Positions 7,053-16,372 of a stretch of DNA of 27,956 nt are shown piece by piece (the stretch's first letter is position 1; every line of letters starts with the position of its first letter). Under the pieces are notes generated by a model. It made no database searches. It worked only from the letters and a program-made list of their open reading frames with translations, and was not told the DNA's origin. The stretch is from a virus. Its lineage: Duplodnaviria; Caudoviricetes. Where the stretch lies: the IMG/VR virus record IMGVR_UViG_3300025381_000085, positions 1-27,956 of that record; one strand, 5' to 3'. The position numbers and the translations under genes were made by a program.

Positions 7053-8539
7053 TAGCTCATCTCCGACCAGTTATTAATTGTTAAAGTTCCAGTTGTCACT
7101 AGCTGGTACTTTTGCCCAGGCTGGACAATAAAACTAAATGATGGGAACAGTGATGTCAAAGTCGAATAAGTCGAATACAGTAAATTAACCAAACTGCCCG
7201 ACGGGCCAGCCTGGGCCGTGGCTGTACCGGCAACGTTATAGCTGAACGTCAACGAAATCATAACTGTCATCGGCTTAGTGCCCGTATTAGTATAAATCGT
7301 ATTTGCCGACCGACTACCCGTCACAACATTGTAACTTTGGCTTAAACCAATCGCTTGACTCAACTGCGTATACCCGGCTAACGTCGTAGCTAACGCAGCT
7401 ATCGTCTCGTAACTCTCCAATATGGTCGTCAATGAACTTGACGACACATACCCCGCCAAAGCCTGAGCCACCACCCAGCTCCCATCAAAAGCACACCAAT
7501 TGTAATTATCGCCAATTAATAATAGTGATTCATCCTTCGCAAGCGTTAAAACATTACCAGACGCACCATTAAAGAAAAAATTACCTGTTTCCGTTTGTAA
7601 CGTTTGGTTTACGCCGCTATTATTAAAAAAATATAGAGTTGCCCCGCCATTACCAACCGGTGTTGGAACATGGGTTATAGTTGATGCACCGCCCAATTGT
7701 ACCGCGCTGCCAAATGCGCTGGTTGTCAATGTTGTTCCGGTAGCCGAATTAAGGCATGTTTCCAAATTTCCTACGGTTGTTTGTAATGCGTAGGGATTCA
7801 AGGCATTGCTAACAAAATTATTTACAAACGCCGTGCTTGCCCCATTAGTGCTATTGTCGCTAATTGATTTTGTGGGCATTGTAAGCCCATTAAACGCCGT
7901 TGTGGCTGCATTGACCGCCGAAGTGATGTAATAAGCCGTGCCGTTGAATATCGCTTCCACAATGGCATTTTCTTGTATTTCACCGCCCACCAACGCCGCA
8001 CCAGACAGCCCTTTTAGGGCATAAGTTGTGCCACCATTTATGGTGATGGTGCAACTGCCTGTGTTGGTGTGCGCGGCCTTAAAAATTACTTTGGTAAATG
8101 TTGTACTTGTTCCCATAGTCGGGTTTAACGCTATGGCTATAGCATTGACTGCCCCCGTGTCATTTGCCGCTCTGACAACATTTTGCTGGTCTGATGCAGG
8201 GGAATAAATATTGACCATCATCCCTGCCGTAATATCTAAAGCCGCACCATCACCCACCGCAAAAGCAAAGCCTTTGCCAGTAGATAATCCCGCCGCAACC
8301 GTATATGGCGTGGATTCTTGGTTTCTTTGCACGGTCAAAACATCACCGGAACGCGCCGTGCAATAGGCTATCTCAGTGTTTCCGTTTACCGCACTGACCA
8401 ATGTCAAGCGAAAAAAATACCCAGATGACGGATTGGGAAATAGTGCGCCGTCACCCGTATTAAGGGTTATTGCAGTGGCGGTTGAACTAATGGCAATGGC
8501 CAATTTCGAAACCGCATTGTTGGCAAACATTTCAATCAT
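7052..8539 (-). CDS. Main tail fibre protein
   Basis: Follows the baseplate wedge genes. N-terminal FANNA.S.L...EIAYCTARSGDVLTVQR attachment region; C-terminal IGLSQSY..VTGSRSANTIYTNTGTKPM...SFIVQPG...WSE tip domain. Confidence 0.85.
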   Translation of the reverse strand: MIEMFANNAVSKLAIAISSTATAITLNTGDGALFPNPSSGYFFRLTLVSAVNGNTEIAYCTARSGDVLTVQRNQESTPYTVAAGLSTGKGFAFAVGDGAALDITAGMMVNIYSPASDQQNVVRAANDTGAVNAIAIALNPTMGTSTTFTKVIFKAAHTNTGSCTITINGGTTYALKGLSGAALVGGEIQENAIVEAIFNGTAYYITSAVNAATTAFNGLTMPTKSISDNSTNGASTAFVNNFVSNALNPYALQTTVGNLETCLNSATGTTLTTSAFGSAVQLGGASTITHVPTPVGNGGATLYFFNNSGVNQTLQTETGNFFFNGASGNVLTLAKDESLLLIGDNYNWCAFDGSWVVAQALAGYVSSSSLTTILESYETIAALATTLAGYTQLSQAIGLSQSYNVVTGSRSANTIYTNTGTKPMTVMISLTFSYNVAGTATAQAGPSGSLVNLLYSTYSTLTSLFPSFSFIVQPGQKYQLVTTGTLTINNWSEMS

Positions 8540-9216
8540 ATAATTGCAACCGTATAAGAAAAGTTAAAAGGTAAAGGGCAAACTCCAGAATTTAAGGCTT
8601 GTTGCAAAATATAGGCCAATTGCAATATGGTTGCACCGGCCGCCGTGCCGCCATTGTTGCCATAACTTAAATTAGTTTGTGGCGCATAAAGTTTTGACGT
8701 GTCCATTGTTATTGTTATGGTTGGAACACCCGAAACAGTGGACATTGTTACGCCAACACCATAAACCGATGCTATAGCAACATCTTGCCCGCTTGTGCCA
8801 TATAAAAAACGGATAATCCTGCGTTTAAGCCATGGAATATTAAAAACTTGCCCATCGCCTTTGTAAAAGCTCCATGTAATAATTCGTTTGTAAATGTCAT
8901 CCGTCACTGTTGTTGATTGGCTTTTGCTATTTAAGCCGCCAGCATACGGAACGCCGCCAGCAAAACTGACTGAAGCAAACGGGCCTTTATTTGGCACATA
9001 ATCGGTTTGCAATGTCGGTCGGATAATCCCATATAACCCAGTAGCCACCCAATCCAATAACGGCCCGCTTAACCCCGTATAAATGGGCAAACCTATATTA
9101 GCAAACCAATCCAAATAATCCTGTGCAATGCTGTTATATGCGGCAAATATGCCTTGCATATACGCATCATCCGCATATTGTTGGTAAACATAGGCGGGGA
9201 TTAGTTTATTGTTCAT
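8536..9216 (-). CDS. Baseplate wedge protein (gpI/DUF2612-like)
   Basis: Lies between baseplate J and the fibre; motifs LLDWVA.GLYG..RP and DDIYKRII. Confidence 0.7.
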   Translation of the reverse strand: MNNKLIPAYVYQQYADDAYMQGIFAAYNSIAQDYLDWFANIGLPIYTGLSGPLLDWVATGLYGIIRPTLQTDYVPNKGPFASVSFAGGVPYAGGLNSKSQSTTVTDDIYKRIITWSFYKGDGQVFNIPWLKRRIIRFLYGTSGQDVAIASVYGVGVTMSTVSGVPTITITMDTSKLYAPQTNLSYGNNGGTAAGATILQLAYILQQALNSGVCPLPFNFSYTVAII

Positions 9217-10430
9217 CCTTGTGTCACCGTTATGCCCGTAGTGGTGGTCGTAAAATAAAGCTCAGGATCGCCATAAATGGCTTGTGTTCCGGTAGCCGGG
9301 GCGGTTACAACCCCATTGATTGACACGACAAAAATAAGCCTGTCTATTTGTGTTGACGGAACAATTGACGCAATTGAACTGACAAACAATTCTTGCATTG
9401 CCAGCGTGTTTATTGGTGCGCCAATTGGCAATGTATTGATGTAATTTATTAATGCATTGGCAACTAATTGATTAACGGCATTGCCAGCCACCGCATTTAC
9501 CCCTATGGTGTTCCATGTCAACGCCATAGTTACATTTTGCGCCGATGATGCAATGTACTTCACATTGTAAGTGTTAGACCCGTCAATAACCGATATGATT
9601 TTATTTCTTGCCGTGGTCGAAGACCCGACAAGCCAATTTATCATAGGGCCCAACGCATAATAAATGGCGTAAGCAATTTGATATTGGTCAGCGTTCCCGC
9701 CTACAATAATTTTCCAATTTCCGCTTGATTGGGCAATAGTTATCAGATAATTGGGAACGCCAATATTTTCAAGCAATGTGGTTAGCATATTGGCAAAACC
9801 AGTGGCTTGTACAAGCCCTGCATTTATTACTTGTGTTCGCCATGCATCCGTTGTGGGTGCGCTGGTAGCCGGAGTTACCGCCGCCGGATTGGTGCATGTT
9901 ATGGCATAGGGGGTCGGTATAGATGTTGTGATGCTTGTCACCGTTCCCGCCCCTGCCGGTGTGGTCGTAAAATATGACGTGGCAACGCAAAACAACGTGA
10001 TACTGCCGCCGCTTGGAATGATGCCGCCAACAACTACGGCATATTCATTAGTGCCGTCCGACACAGTAAACCCTGAGGGTATCACATAATCTATTGCGCT
10101 AGTGCCGCCCGTGGTTGGCGTGGTAAATGTCACCTCTACTGATGCATTGGAAGCAACCGCTTGTGTCACGCCATAAACCTGCGCCAATTGGTTCAGCAAA
10201 AATTCATTTGCACCATAAGGGGTCAATGAATTGATCAAATCAACCCGAGCCTGGTCAATACTGATCAATGCGCCTGTGCCAGTGCTTAACAAATCCTCCA
10301 CGGGGCTGCCGGGCAAATTAGGCGTAAACCCCGGCATTGAAGCGGTTACAATGGCAATCAATGTGCTGTTTAATACGTCCGGCGGGGTGGGTTGCGCCCC
10401 CGCTGCGGTCATGGAAATGGGTATGCTCAT
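9213..10430 (-). CDS. Baseplate J-like wedge protein
   Basis: About 405 aa with PGSPVEDL, PYGANEFLLNQLAQVYGV and VIPSGFTVSDG; synteny. Confidence 0.85.
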   Translation of the reverse strand: MSIPISMTAAGAQPTPPDVLNSTLIAIVTASMPGFTPNLPGSPVEDLLSTGTGALISIDQARVDLINSLTPYGANEFLLNQLAQVYGVTQAVASNASVEVTFTTPTTGGTSAIDYVIPSGFTVSDGTNEYAVVVGGIIPSGGSITLFCVATSYFTTTPAGAGTVTSITTSIPTPYAITCTNPAAVTPATSAPTTDAWRTQVINAGLVQATGFANMLTTLLENIGVPNYLITIAQSSGNWKIIVGGNADQYQIAYAIYYALGPMINWLVGSSTTARNKIISVIDGSNTYNVKYIASSAQNVTMALTWNTIGVNAVAGNAVNQLVANALINYINTLPIGAPINTLAMQELFVSSIASIVPSTQIDRLIFVVSINGVVTAPATGTQAIYGDPELYFTTTTTGITVTQG

Positions 10431-10774
10431 ACAGGTATGGTTGCGCTAATGGTTGCGCCGCTATTGGTTATGATGCTAATGCCATAGCTTGGCGTAGTTA
10501 AATTGGGTATTTTTGCGATGATAAGGCTTGCAAAATATTGGGCAAATTGCGATTGCAATTGATTGACATAATAATCTGGAAACATTTGCGTTAAAACGGA
10601 TGCTTGGGCGGGTATGCCATAATTTGTAAAGAATGGCGATTCCTTTAAATTTAACAACAAGCATTGCATCAACGTTGTTATCCAAACCGCATCATTATTG
10701 CCGTTTGCATCAGTTTGCACCATTTGCCATGTTTTGCTGCCGTCTGGGTTGGTTATTCTGCCGTAAGTTCTCAA
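10427..10774 (-). CDS. Baseplate wedge/sheath-initiator protein (gp25/Mu gp46-like)
   Basis: 115 aa with LLLNLKESPFFTNYGIP, between spike and baseplate J. Confidence 0.7.
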   Translation of the reverse strand: MRTYGRITNPDGSKTWQMVQTDANGNNDAVWITTLMQCLLLNLKESPFFTNYGIPAQASVLTQMFPDYYVNQLQSQFAQYFASLIIAKIPNLTTPSYGISIITNSGATISATIPV

Positions 10775-11394
10775 TTGGGCGCTCCTGTGTTGCTACCACC
10801 TGTTTGTACGCCACCATGCGTATGGGTGTGTAAATTCGTGCCTTGTCCCGTCACTGTTCCGGTCACTGTCAAATTACCGTTTATGGTAACGCCTGACGAT
10901 GCCACAATTAATGATGTGCCGCCAATTGACAATGTTATTGTGTTGGGTGATATTTTTATTAAAGCGCCCGTTGCCGAAGCATACAACGTCAATGATTGCG
11001 GGTCAAAATCAGCCCAATCAACATTACCAATTGGAAAAAAAACCATGCTGGACAAATTGCCCGGCTCAATCAATCCGTTTGATTGATTGCCAAGCCCGCT
11101 AATTATGCCAATTGACACATTAGCGGACATTGCCAATCCTTTGTCGCCCACCTTTATGGGATAACGGATATATTCCGCTCCCGCCAATGGCATTTGAACC
11201 TGTGGCAAAGACGACAACCCCGGAGAATTGGGCGGCAATTGAGATTGAAAACTGACCGTGACTATTGCCCCGTCAATTTCAACCACCGAACATGGCAAAA
11301 TTTCCCCGTTGTTTTGCAATGCCGAGTTAATCTTTTTGTCTATCAATTTGCCCATGCTGTATTGCAACGGCAAACGTTTTGAATAATCAATCAT
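10771..11394 (-). CDS. Baseplate central spike (gpV/Gp138-like)
   Basis: OB-fold-like N-terminus (LPCSVVEI...IRYPIKVGDKG) and C-terminal apex motif HTHTHGGVQTGGSNTGAP. Start at ATG 11394 (ATGA overlap). Confidence 0.9.
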   Translation of the reverse strand: MIDYSKRLPLQYSMGKLIDKKINSALQNNGEILPCSVVEIDGAIVTVSFQSQLPPNSPGLSSLPQVQMPLAGAEYIRYPIKVGDKGLAMSANVSIGIISGLGNQSNGLIEPGNLSSMVFFPIGNVDWADFDPQSLTLYASATGALIKISPNTITLSIGGTSLIVASSGVTINGNLTVTGTVTGQGTNLHTHTHGGVQTGGSNTGAPN

Positions 11395-12380
11395 GATGGT
11401 TTTACATAAATGCAATCAAGCGTTGTAATCCAATCCAATGCATTTTCGCTTCTGAAATTACCAAAATGCCGAACCCTGATTATTTCAAATATGCCTTTAA
11501 AAGTCATGCCAAATTTATTGATTGAATTTTGCTGGGTATACGCCGCCGCCGATGAAACTATGGGCGTGCTATCCAAAACAATCTGGTCAGTAAGACCCAA
11601 GTCTCCCCGCATGACACAATAAAGCTGCACCGTGCCGCTTGCCACCCATGCGGGTTGACCAATCAAATCAGTAAAATTTATTTTTTGTTGTTTTTTGTCG
11701 TTTGGCGCATCAAAAATAAAAACATCTGTGCCAGCCACAAAAAAATCAATTGCTCCTAGCGTAAGCTGATTTATGTACCGGGCAAACTCACCCAAATTAT
11801 TGGCATAATGGTGCAAAGGCGCTTTGGCTATGTAAGACCCTTTAACCTTATTGTTTATTGTAAATTTTTGGCTAGGTGTTATTGGGCTGTACGGGTATTT
11901 CTGCGGTATTGGGCTATATCCGTATGCCGGGCTTAATGCTTGTACAACCGCATCAACAATTGACGTTCCTTGCTGGCAACTAAAAACTAAATTATCAGGT
12001 TTTAATGTGTTTCCCGTGTCCGCCATCACCACAAATGATAGCATCATACCTGTGCCTATCCAGTTGCTGTAACATTGGATAATTGCCCCATGCAACAACA
12101 ATCCTCGCTGTGCAGGATTAGCTAAAGGCAACCCGCGCTGCATACCGCCCCATAAATCCAATGTCATGCCAACCATGTCATTGGTCGCCATCATGTCTTT
12201 GACTGATATGCCATAGATGGTCACGGATGCCGAATTTTCCGCTATCGAATAAAACGATACTGGCGCGTCAAATTCAATGTTAAGTGCCGACATATTTGGG
12301 CTATCGTCACTATTAAAACTGGTGTATTGCTTAAATGCGTTTCCGTTTTTGTCGGTTATCAATAAGTTATACGCCCTCAT
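11391..12380 (-). CDS. Baseplate hub protein
   Basis: 329 aa immediately upstream of the spike; C-terminal F.IIRVRHFGNFR......W.T pattern. Confidence 0.75.
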   Translation of the reverse strand: MRAYNLLITDKNGNAFKQYTSFNSDDSPNMSALNIEFDAPVSFYSIAENSASVTIYGISVKDMMATNDMVGMTLDLWGGMQRGLPLANPAQRGLLLHGAIIQCYSNWIGTGMMLSFVVMADTGNTLKPDNLVFSCQQGTSIVDAVVQALSPAYGYSPIPQKYPYSPITPSQKFTINNKVKGSYIAKAPLHHYANNLGEFARYINQLTLGAIDFFVAGTDVFIFDAPNDKKQQKINFTDLIGQPAWVASGTVQLYCVMRGDLGLTDQIVLDSTPIVSSAAAYTQQNSINKFGMTFKGIFEIIRVRHFGNFRSENALDWITTLDCIYVKPS

Positions 12381-12640
12381 AATGTAATGAATTGCGCCAA
12401 ATCAGAGCGGTAAATAAGTTGGGTGTTGAAATACCCGGCAGTCATGCTAATGTTTTTTTCAGAAGTGCTACCAATAACAGGCATACAAACAATAAAATTG
12501 TTGTATTGGTCATAAATGTTAATGTAATACCTCATGCCAAATATGTTCCACGTCACAATCACATTGTATGCATTGCCATCTAATATGGGCTGAAACTGAA
12601 ATGCATCATTATTTGGCTGATAAAAATCGTAACTGGTCAT
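12377..12640 (-). CDS. Small baseplate (plug-like) protein
   Basis: 87 aa, FQPILDG..YNVIVTWN.FG.RYYINIYD; synteny. Confidence 0.6.
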   Translation of the reverse strand: MTSYDFYQPNNDAFQFQPILDGNAYNVIVTWNIFGMRYYINIYDQYNNFIVCMPVIGSTSEKNISMTAGYFNTQLIYRSDLAQFITL

Positions 12641-13335
12641 ATACCCAATAATTTTGTTATGTCGGACAAAGCGGGGCTGACCGCCGTTTTAACATCGCCC
12701 CAAATAGAGGGCAATGTTAATTCTTGATTTATGGGGATGCCTTTGGTAATTTTTGACATTAAATTGCCCATTTCATTGCCTGTCGGTTCGGCAATCAATG
12801 GCTGTTCAAAATCAAACTGAAATGAATATTGACGTTGTGCTGATTCGCCCTGTGAAATGTCCATTATGGCGGTCAATAAACAACCCGTATAAATATAAGC
12901 CGGGGTCATCACCGTAAAAGTTCCGCCGTTTTGAATATGATAATCAAGTGCCAGCTTCAAAGCCGTCAATGTGGGCAATTTGGTAAGCATTGAGCCTGTT
13001 TGTTTGGCGGGGCAATGCATCACTAGCGATACGGTCAACGCTTCCCTAATGACGGCATTGGCGGCAATAACTTGGTTTGCAAATGGGTATTTCCCTATGC
13101 TGTTGTTCATCAACATAGAGCCGCCTATCAAATCCCAATGGGCAAACAAACTATCAATGTCAGGTATTTGCCCGTTAATAAGATTGAATATCGTTGATGC
13201 ACCGCCCAATTCTGTCAATGTGATGATAGGCAACAAACCGCCATTGACCGCCGAAGCAATCCCGCCTGTCAATATGACAGGGGATGCTTCAAACCCCATA
13301 CGCCAAACATTAAGCAATAAATTGGGGCCGCTCAT
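12637..13335 (-). CDS. Baseplate/tail-tube initiator-like protein
   Basis: First gene after the TMP; YPFANQVIAANAVIRE.L and F.VMTPAYIYTGCLLT motifs. Start at ATG 13335 (ATGA overlap). Confidence 0.65.
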   Translation of the reverse strand: MSGPNLLLNVWRMGFEASPVILTGGIASAVNGGLLPIITLTELGGASTIFNLINGQIPDIDSLFAHWDLIGGSMLMNNSIGKYPFANQVIAANAVIREALTVSLVMHCPAKQTGSMLTKLPTLTALKLALDYHIQNGGTFTVMTPAYIYTGCLLTAIMDISQGESAQRQYSFQFDFEQPLIAEPTGNEMGNLMSKITKGIPINQELTLPSIWGDVKTAVSPALSDITKLLGI

Positions 13336-15254
13336 TGGCAAATCCTATTGGTGACAAGACTAACGTCACATGAAGAGTTGTTTTGAATTTTAACCATTGC
13401 CTCTTTTACATAGCGAGTGTCTTTTGTGCGGTTATAATCAATGTTTGCGCCCAAATGATAGCCTTTTAACAATTGTTCAGGGGTTGCATCACCTTGTTTT
13501 TGTGCGTTTTGGGCAATCTCATCCAGATATTTGATCATGCCCATGACGGATTCTTTAGGGTCGTAAACATTGTTAATGCCAAGGTGCTGGGCTGTCGCTT
13601 TTGTAATTTGACCAATTCCCGCCGCTGATGATGTTGGGTTTTTGGCGTTTGGGTTGCCGCCCGATTCATGCAAAATCAAACCGGTCAAAAAATTTTCTGC
13701 ACCTTCCATTTTGGCAAATGCGCTGTTAGTGGAACTTTTTAACCCTTCTTTTACCCATTCTTTGACATTGCCAACCGACCTAAACAACAAATTGTCAGAC
13801 AGTTTTTTTCTTGGGCCTAACCCTTTGTCTATTCCTTCCCCAATTGCGCCAAAATGGGAACTTGTCGCGTCTAAAGCTTCAATAATACTTTTTGGTTTTG
13901 TAGGCTCAAAATTAAAAATATCGCTTGTTTTTTCAACAAATTCAACAAATCCTTTAACTGAAGCTGTAAATTTTTCAGACGACAAATAATTGCCAAGGTC
14001 ATGCAATCCGGTTGCCACGCTGGTTATTCCATCTTTAAATTTATCAGACCCAATCAATTGGTTTACGTCATCTTTTAATGCGGTGGTCAGTTTAATCAAT
14101 TCAGGGCTAAGCTCAATAATCCGTTTCATAAAATTAATTTCAAGCTCATTTCCAGCCATATCAAGCGTTTGGTTTAATCTAGTCCATTCCGTTATTTGTT
14201 TGTCGGTAATTTCCAATAATTTTAATTTTGACTCATAATCAGATTGAAAACCGCCAACTTGTTCGGCCGGCATTCTTTCAAGCCGGGTTGCATCTTCCGC
14301 TGAAAAAAAATGCCCCCATCCTTGGCTTTCCATGCGTTGCGACAATGCCATTTTCCACTCCGCCCCATATTGGCTTTTGAGCTGGTCAATAAGCGTTTTA
14401 AAATTTTGGACTAATGCGCCACCTATTTCGGTGGTTGATTTTCCATACAGCTCTTCTTTTTTCATGCCCGTTGTTTGGGTAAAAAGCTTGTAGGTGTGCT
14501 GCAAATCGACCTGCGCTTCTTGTATTTTGCTTAGCAAAGCTTCCGGGTCTGTCACTGGCCTGTACGCATTTTCAAATGCCAGTTTTTGCCCTAAATTTAG
14601 CCCCAAACCACGCGCTGTAAATGACTTTTTTTCTAAGTCACTGCTCATTTTCCCAACAGAAAATGTTGCCGCCACGCCTACGCCAAAGGTAAATTTAGCC
14701 AGCGTTTTTGTTGCGTCTTTTAACCCATGAACAAAACTGTCCACGGGTTTTTTTAACATATCGGCTCCATGCCCATAAAGGCTTAACGAGCCGCGCAACA
14801 ATTCTACTGGACCAAATCCGTCATTTCTTCTTGCAAGATTGTTAGTTATTGATGATTGTCGCGGAGAGCCTGTAACTGAAGGCTGAGTTTTTGCGGCTGC
14901 ATTGACCTGGCCCGTTTGTGGCATAGGCCCGACAAAACCATTATTAGGGTGTGCCGTATAAGACGGCGTTTGCCATGTGCCAATTGATGATTGTCGCGGC
15001 GACCCCGTATTAGGCGCGCTTGCATTGGCGTTCGGTTGCGGTGCTTGCCGGTATGTCCACGAAACACCAGGCATGTTGGTTGCTGTGGAGGGAGGGATTG
15101 AGGAGGGCTTAGGGGATTCGGTAATTGTTGGGGCTTGCGGGGCGGATAAATTGCCTTGTGCGCCCACTTGTACGGTGACTTTGTGGGATTTTTCAAGCCA
15201 CGCTTTAAATTTTGAGTCGTCAACCTCGATTTCTACAATCGTTTTAAGCGCCAT
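13332..15254 (-). CDS. Tape measure protein with C-terminal soluble lytic transglycosylase (SLT) domain
   Basis: Follows the tube and chaperone, with a helical central region. SLT motifs LHESGGNPNA (Glu 13665-13667), SSAAGIGQI, YDPKESV..MIKYL and GYHLG. Confidence 0.85.
   Translation of the reverse strand: MALKTIVEIEVDDSKFKAWLEKSHKVTVQVGAQGNLSAPQAPTITESPKPSSIPPSTATNMPGVSWTYRQAPQPNANASAPNTGSPRQSSIGTWQTPSYTAHPNNGFVGPMPQTGQVNAAAKTQPSVTGSPRQSSITNNLARRNDGFGPVELLRGSLSLYGHGADMLKKPVDSFVHGLKDATKTLAKFTFGVGVAATFSVGKMSSDLEKKSFTARGLGLNLGQKLAFENAYRPVTDPEALLSKIQEAQVDLQHTYKLFTQTTGMKKEELYGKSTTEIGGALVQNFKTLIDQLKSQYGAEWKMALSQRMESQGWGHFFSAEDATRLERMPAEQVGGFQSDYESKLKLLEITDKQITEWTRLNQTLDMAGNELEINFMKRIIELSPELIKLTTALKDDVNQLIGSDKFKDGITSVATGLHDLGNYLSSEKFTASVKGFVEFVEKTSDIFNFEPTKPKSIIEALDATSSHFGAIGEGIDKGLGPRKKLSDNLLFRSVGNVKEWVKEGLKSSTNSAFAKMEGAENFLTGLILHESGGNPNAKNPTSSAAGIGQITKATAQHLGINNVYDPKESVMGMIKYLDEIAQNAQKQGDATPEQLLKGYHLGANIDYNRTKDTRYVKEAMVKIQNNSSCDVSLVTNRICQ
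14848..14999. repeat. 17-bp direct repeat ATTGATGATTGTCGCGG (14848-14864, 14983-14999)
   Basis: Exact match; part of TGSPRQSSI, which occurs twice in the TMP N-terminal low-complexity region. Confidence 0.85.
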
Positions 15255-15483
15255 ATTTTTTTAATTCCCGTATCAAAAAACGCTGCCTAAACTCATGGGC
15301 CGATTGATAATTAAGGTCAGGGTTAAATTTCTTAAATAATTCCCCTATGCCTTCATCCGCCAGCCAATCAAGATGGTGGCTTATAACATGATCGCCTGAT
15401 TGGTAAAACTGTCTGCCTCTGTCAATGTCGGCAATGAATCGGTGAATGCCGTACAGCTCAATGATTGCGATTGCCCGCCCCAT
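15244..15483 (-). CDS. Tail-assembly chaperone second ORF (gpT-like), probably expressed as a -1 frameshift extension
   Basis: In the -1 frame relative to the chaperone, overlaps its 3' end and ends overlapping the TMP start. This frame stays open upstream through a T-TTT-TTT heptamer (15552-15546). Confidence 0.6.
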   Translation of the reverse strand: MGRAIAIIELYGIHRFIADIDRGRQFYQSGDHVISHHLDWLADEGIGELFKKFNPDLNYQSAHEFRQRFLIRELKKYGA

Positions 15484-15926
15484 CGTTCCAATATCGGAAA
15501 AATCATAGCCATCCGTTTCGACCCGTACACGGCATAGGCTAAGGTAAAAAAAACAATAGCCCCGTCAATTTCTTGTATGTCGGCTTGTTCTAGCATCCCG
15601 CGTTGTATGGCGGTGTAATAAGGGATGGTTTGCCAACCCGCATCACTGGGCATAATGACGTTAGTCAGGCGCCTAATTTCATTCATCAGGCCGTTTTCCA
15701 CGCCATCCGAACCATCCCATTCATCAAGTGATTTTGCCACTTTCTTAAGCATAAAAGCCGCTATTTTTGGCGCATTTACCAGATTGCCGCCTAGCCGCTC
15801 TAATGCTATGCTCATGGGTTCAAAATATTTTTCAAACACCTCATTACTTATGGGTGTTGAATGCACCCATCCGCTTGTATCTTTTATATCAACCGGAATA
15901 ACAAGGTTAAGCTGTTTGTTTATCAT
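15381..15926 (-). CDS. Tail assembly chaperone (gpG-like)
   Basis: Between tube and TMP. Start at ATG 15926 (ATGA overlap). Confidence 0.7.
   Translation of the reverse strand: MINKQLNLVIPVDIKDTSGWVHSTPISNEVFEKYFEPMSIALERLGGNLVNAPKIAAFMLKKVAKSLDEWDGSDGVENGLMNEIRRLTNVIMPSDAGWQTIPYYTAIQRGMLEQADIQEIDGAIVFFTLAYAVYGSKRMAMIFPILERWGGQSQSLSCTAFTDSLPTLTEADSFTNQAIML
15546..15552 (-). promoter_or_regulatory. Candidate -1 ribosomal frameshift heptamer T TTT TTT
   Basis: Frame 0 reads GTT TTT TTT ACC. The -1 frame has a TGA at 15567-15565 and is then open to 15244. Possible downstream hairpin at 15541-15506. Confidence 0.5.
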
Positions 15927-16363
15927 GCGTTCCACATGTCGCTATTGATATAGTAAATGCCTTGGATGGTTATCCGTTGTTCAACGGCTGTGCCGTCTAG
16001 TGGCAAATCACCCACCGACACAATAGCACAATTGCTAAATGTGTAATCTTGTAACGCCGATGTGTCGGTAACTACCCTGATTTCGCCTAAGCTGGTGTTT
16101 AGTTCGGTTTGCCCGCGATATGCTTGTGCCATGCCGGTCGTTTTTAAAATATCGGCCGTAACCTCAACAATCACATAAGGTTCAGGCGATTGCACCGCGC
16201 CGGTGGCGGTCAAAATCAACGATGCCGTTTGCCCCGTAAATCGAATGGCAATTTTTCCTTTACCAAGCTGCGGCGCGGTAATGTTAAGGTTGGTGTTATT
16301 CGGGACAACAATGCTGCCCCTTATCTGGTTGATTGTGCCTTGTGCAATTCTTGGGTTTGCCAT
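15923..16363 (-). CDS. Tail tube protein (DUF3277-like)
   Basis: 146 aa directly after the sheath; AGGAG SD upstream. Confidence 0.8.
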   Translation of the reverse strand: MANPRIAQGTINQIRGSIVVPNNTNLNITAPQLGKGKIAIRFTGQTASLILTATGAVQSPEPYVIVEVTADILKTTGMAQAYRGQTELNTSLGEIRVVTDTSALQDYTFSNCAIVSVGDLPLDGTAVEQRITIQGIYYINSDMWNA

Positions 16364-16372
16364 ATTTGCTCC

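Noticed and set aside
4892-8539. Invertible tail-fibre cassette (Mu G / P1 C type)
   Set aside because: All fibre genes are co-oriented; I saw no invertase or flanking inverted repeats.
14846-15223. 125-aa alternate-frame ORF within the TMP N-terminus
   Set aside because: No motif or convincing initiation signal; explainable by the stop-poor low-complexity sequence.
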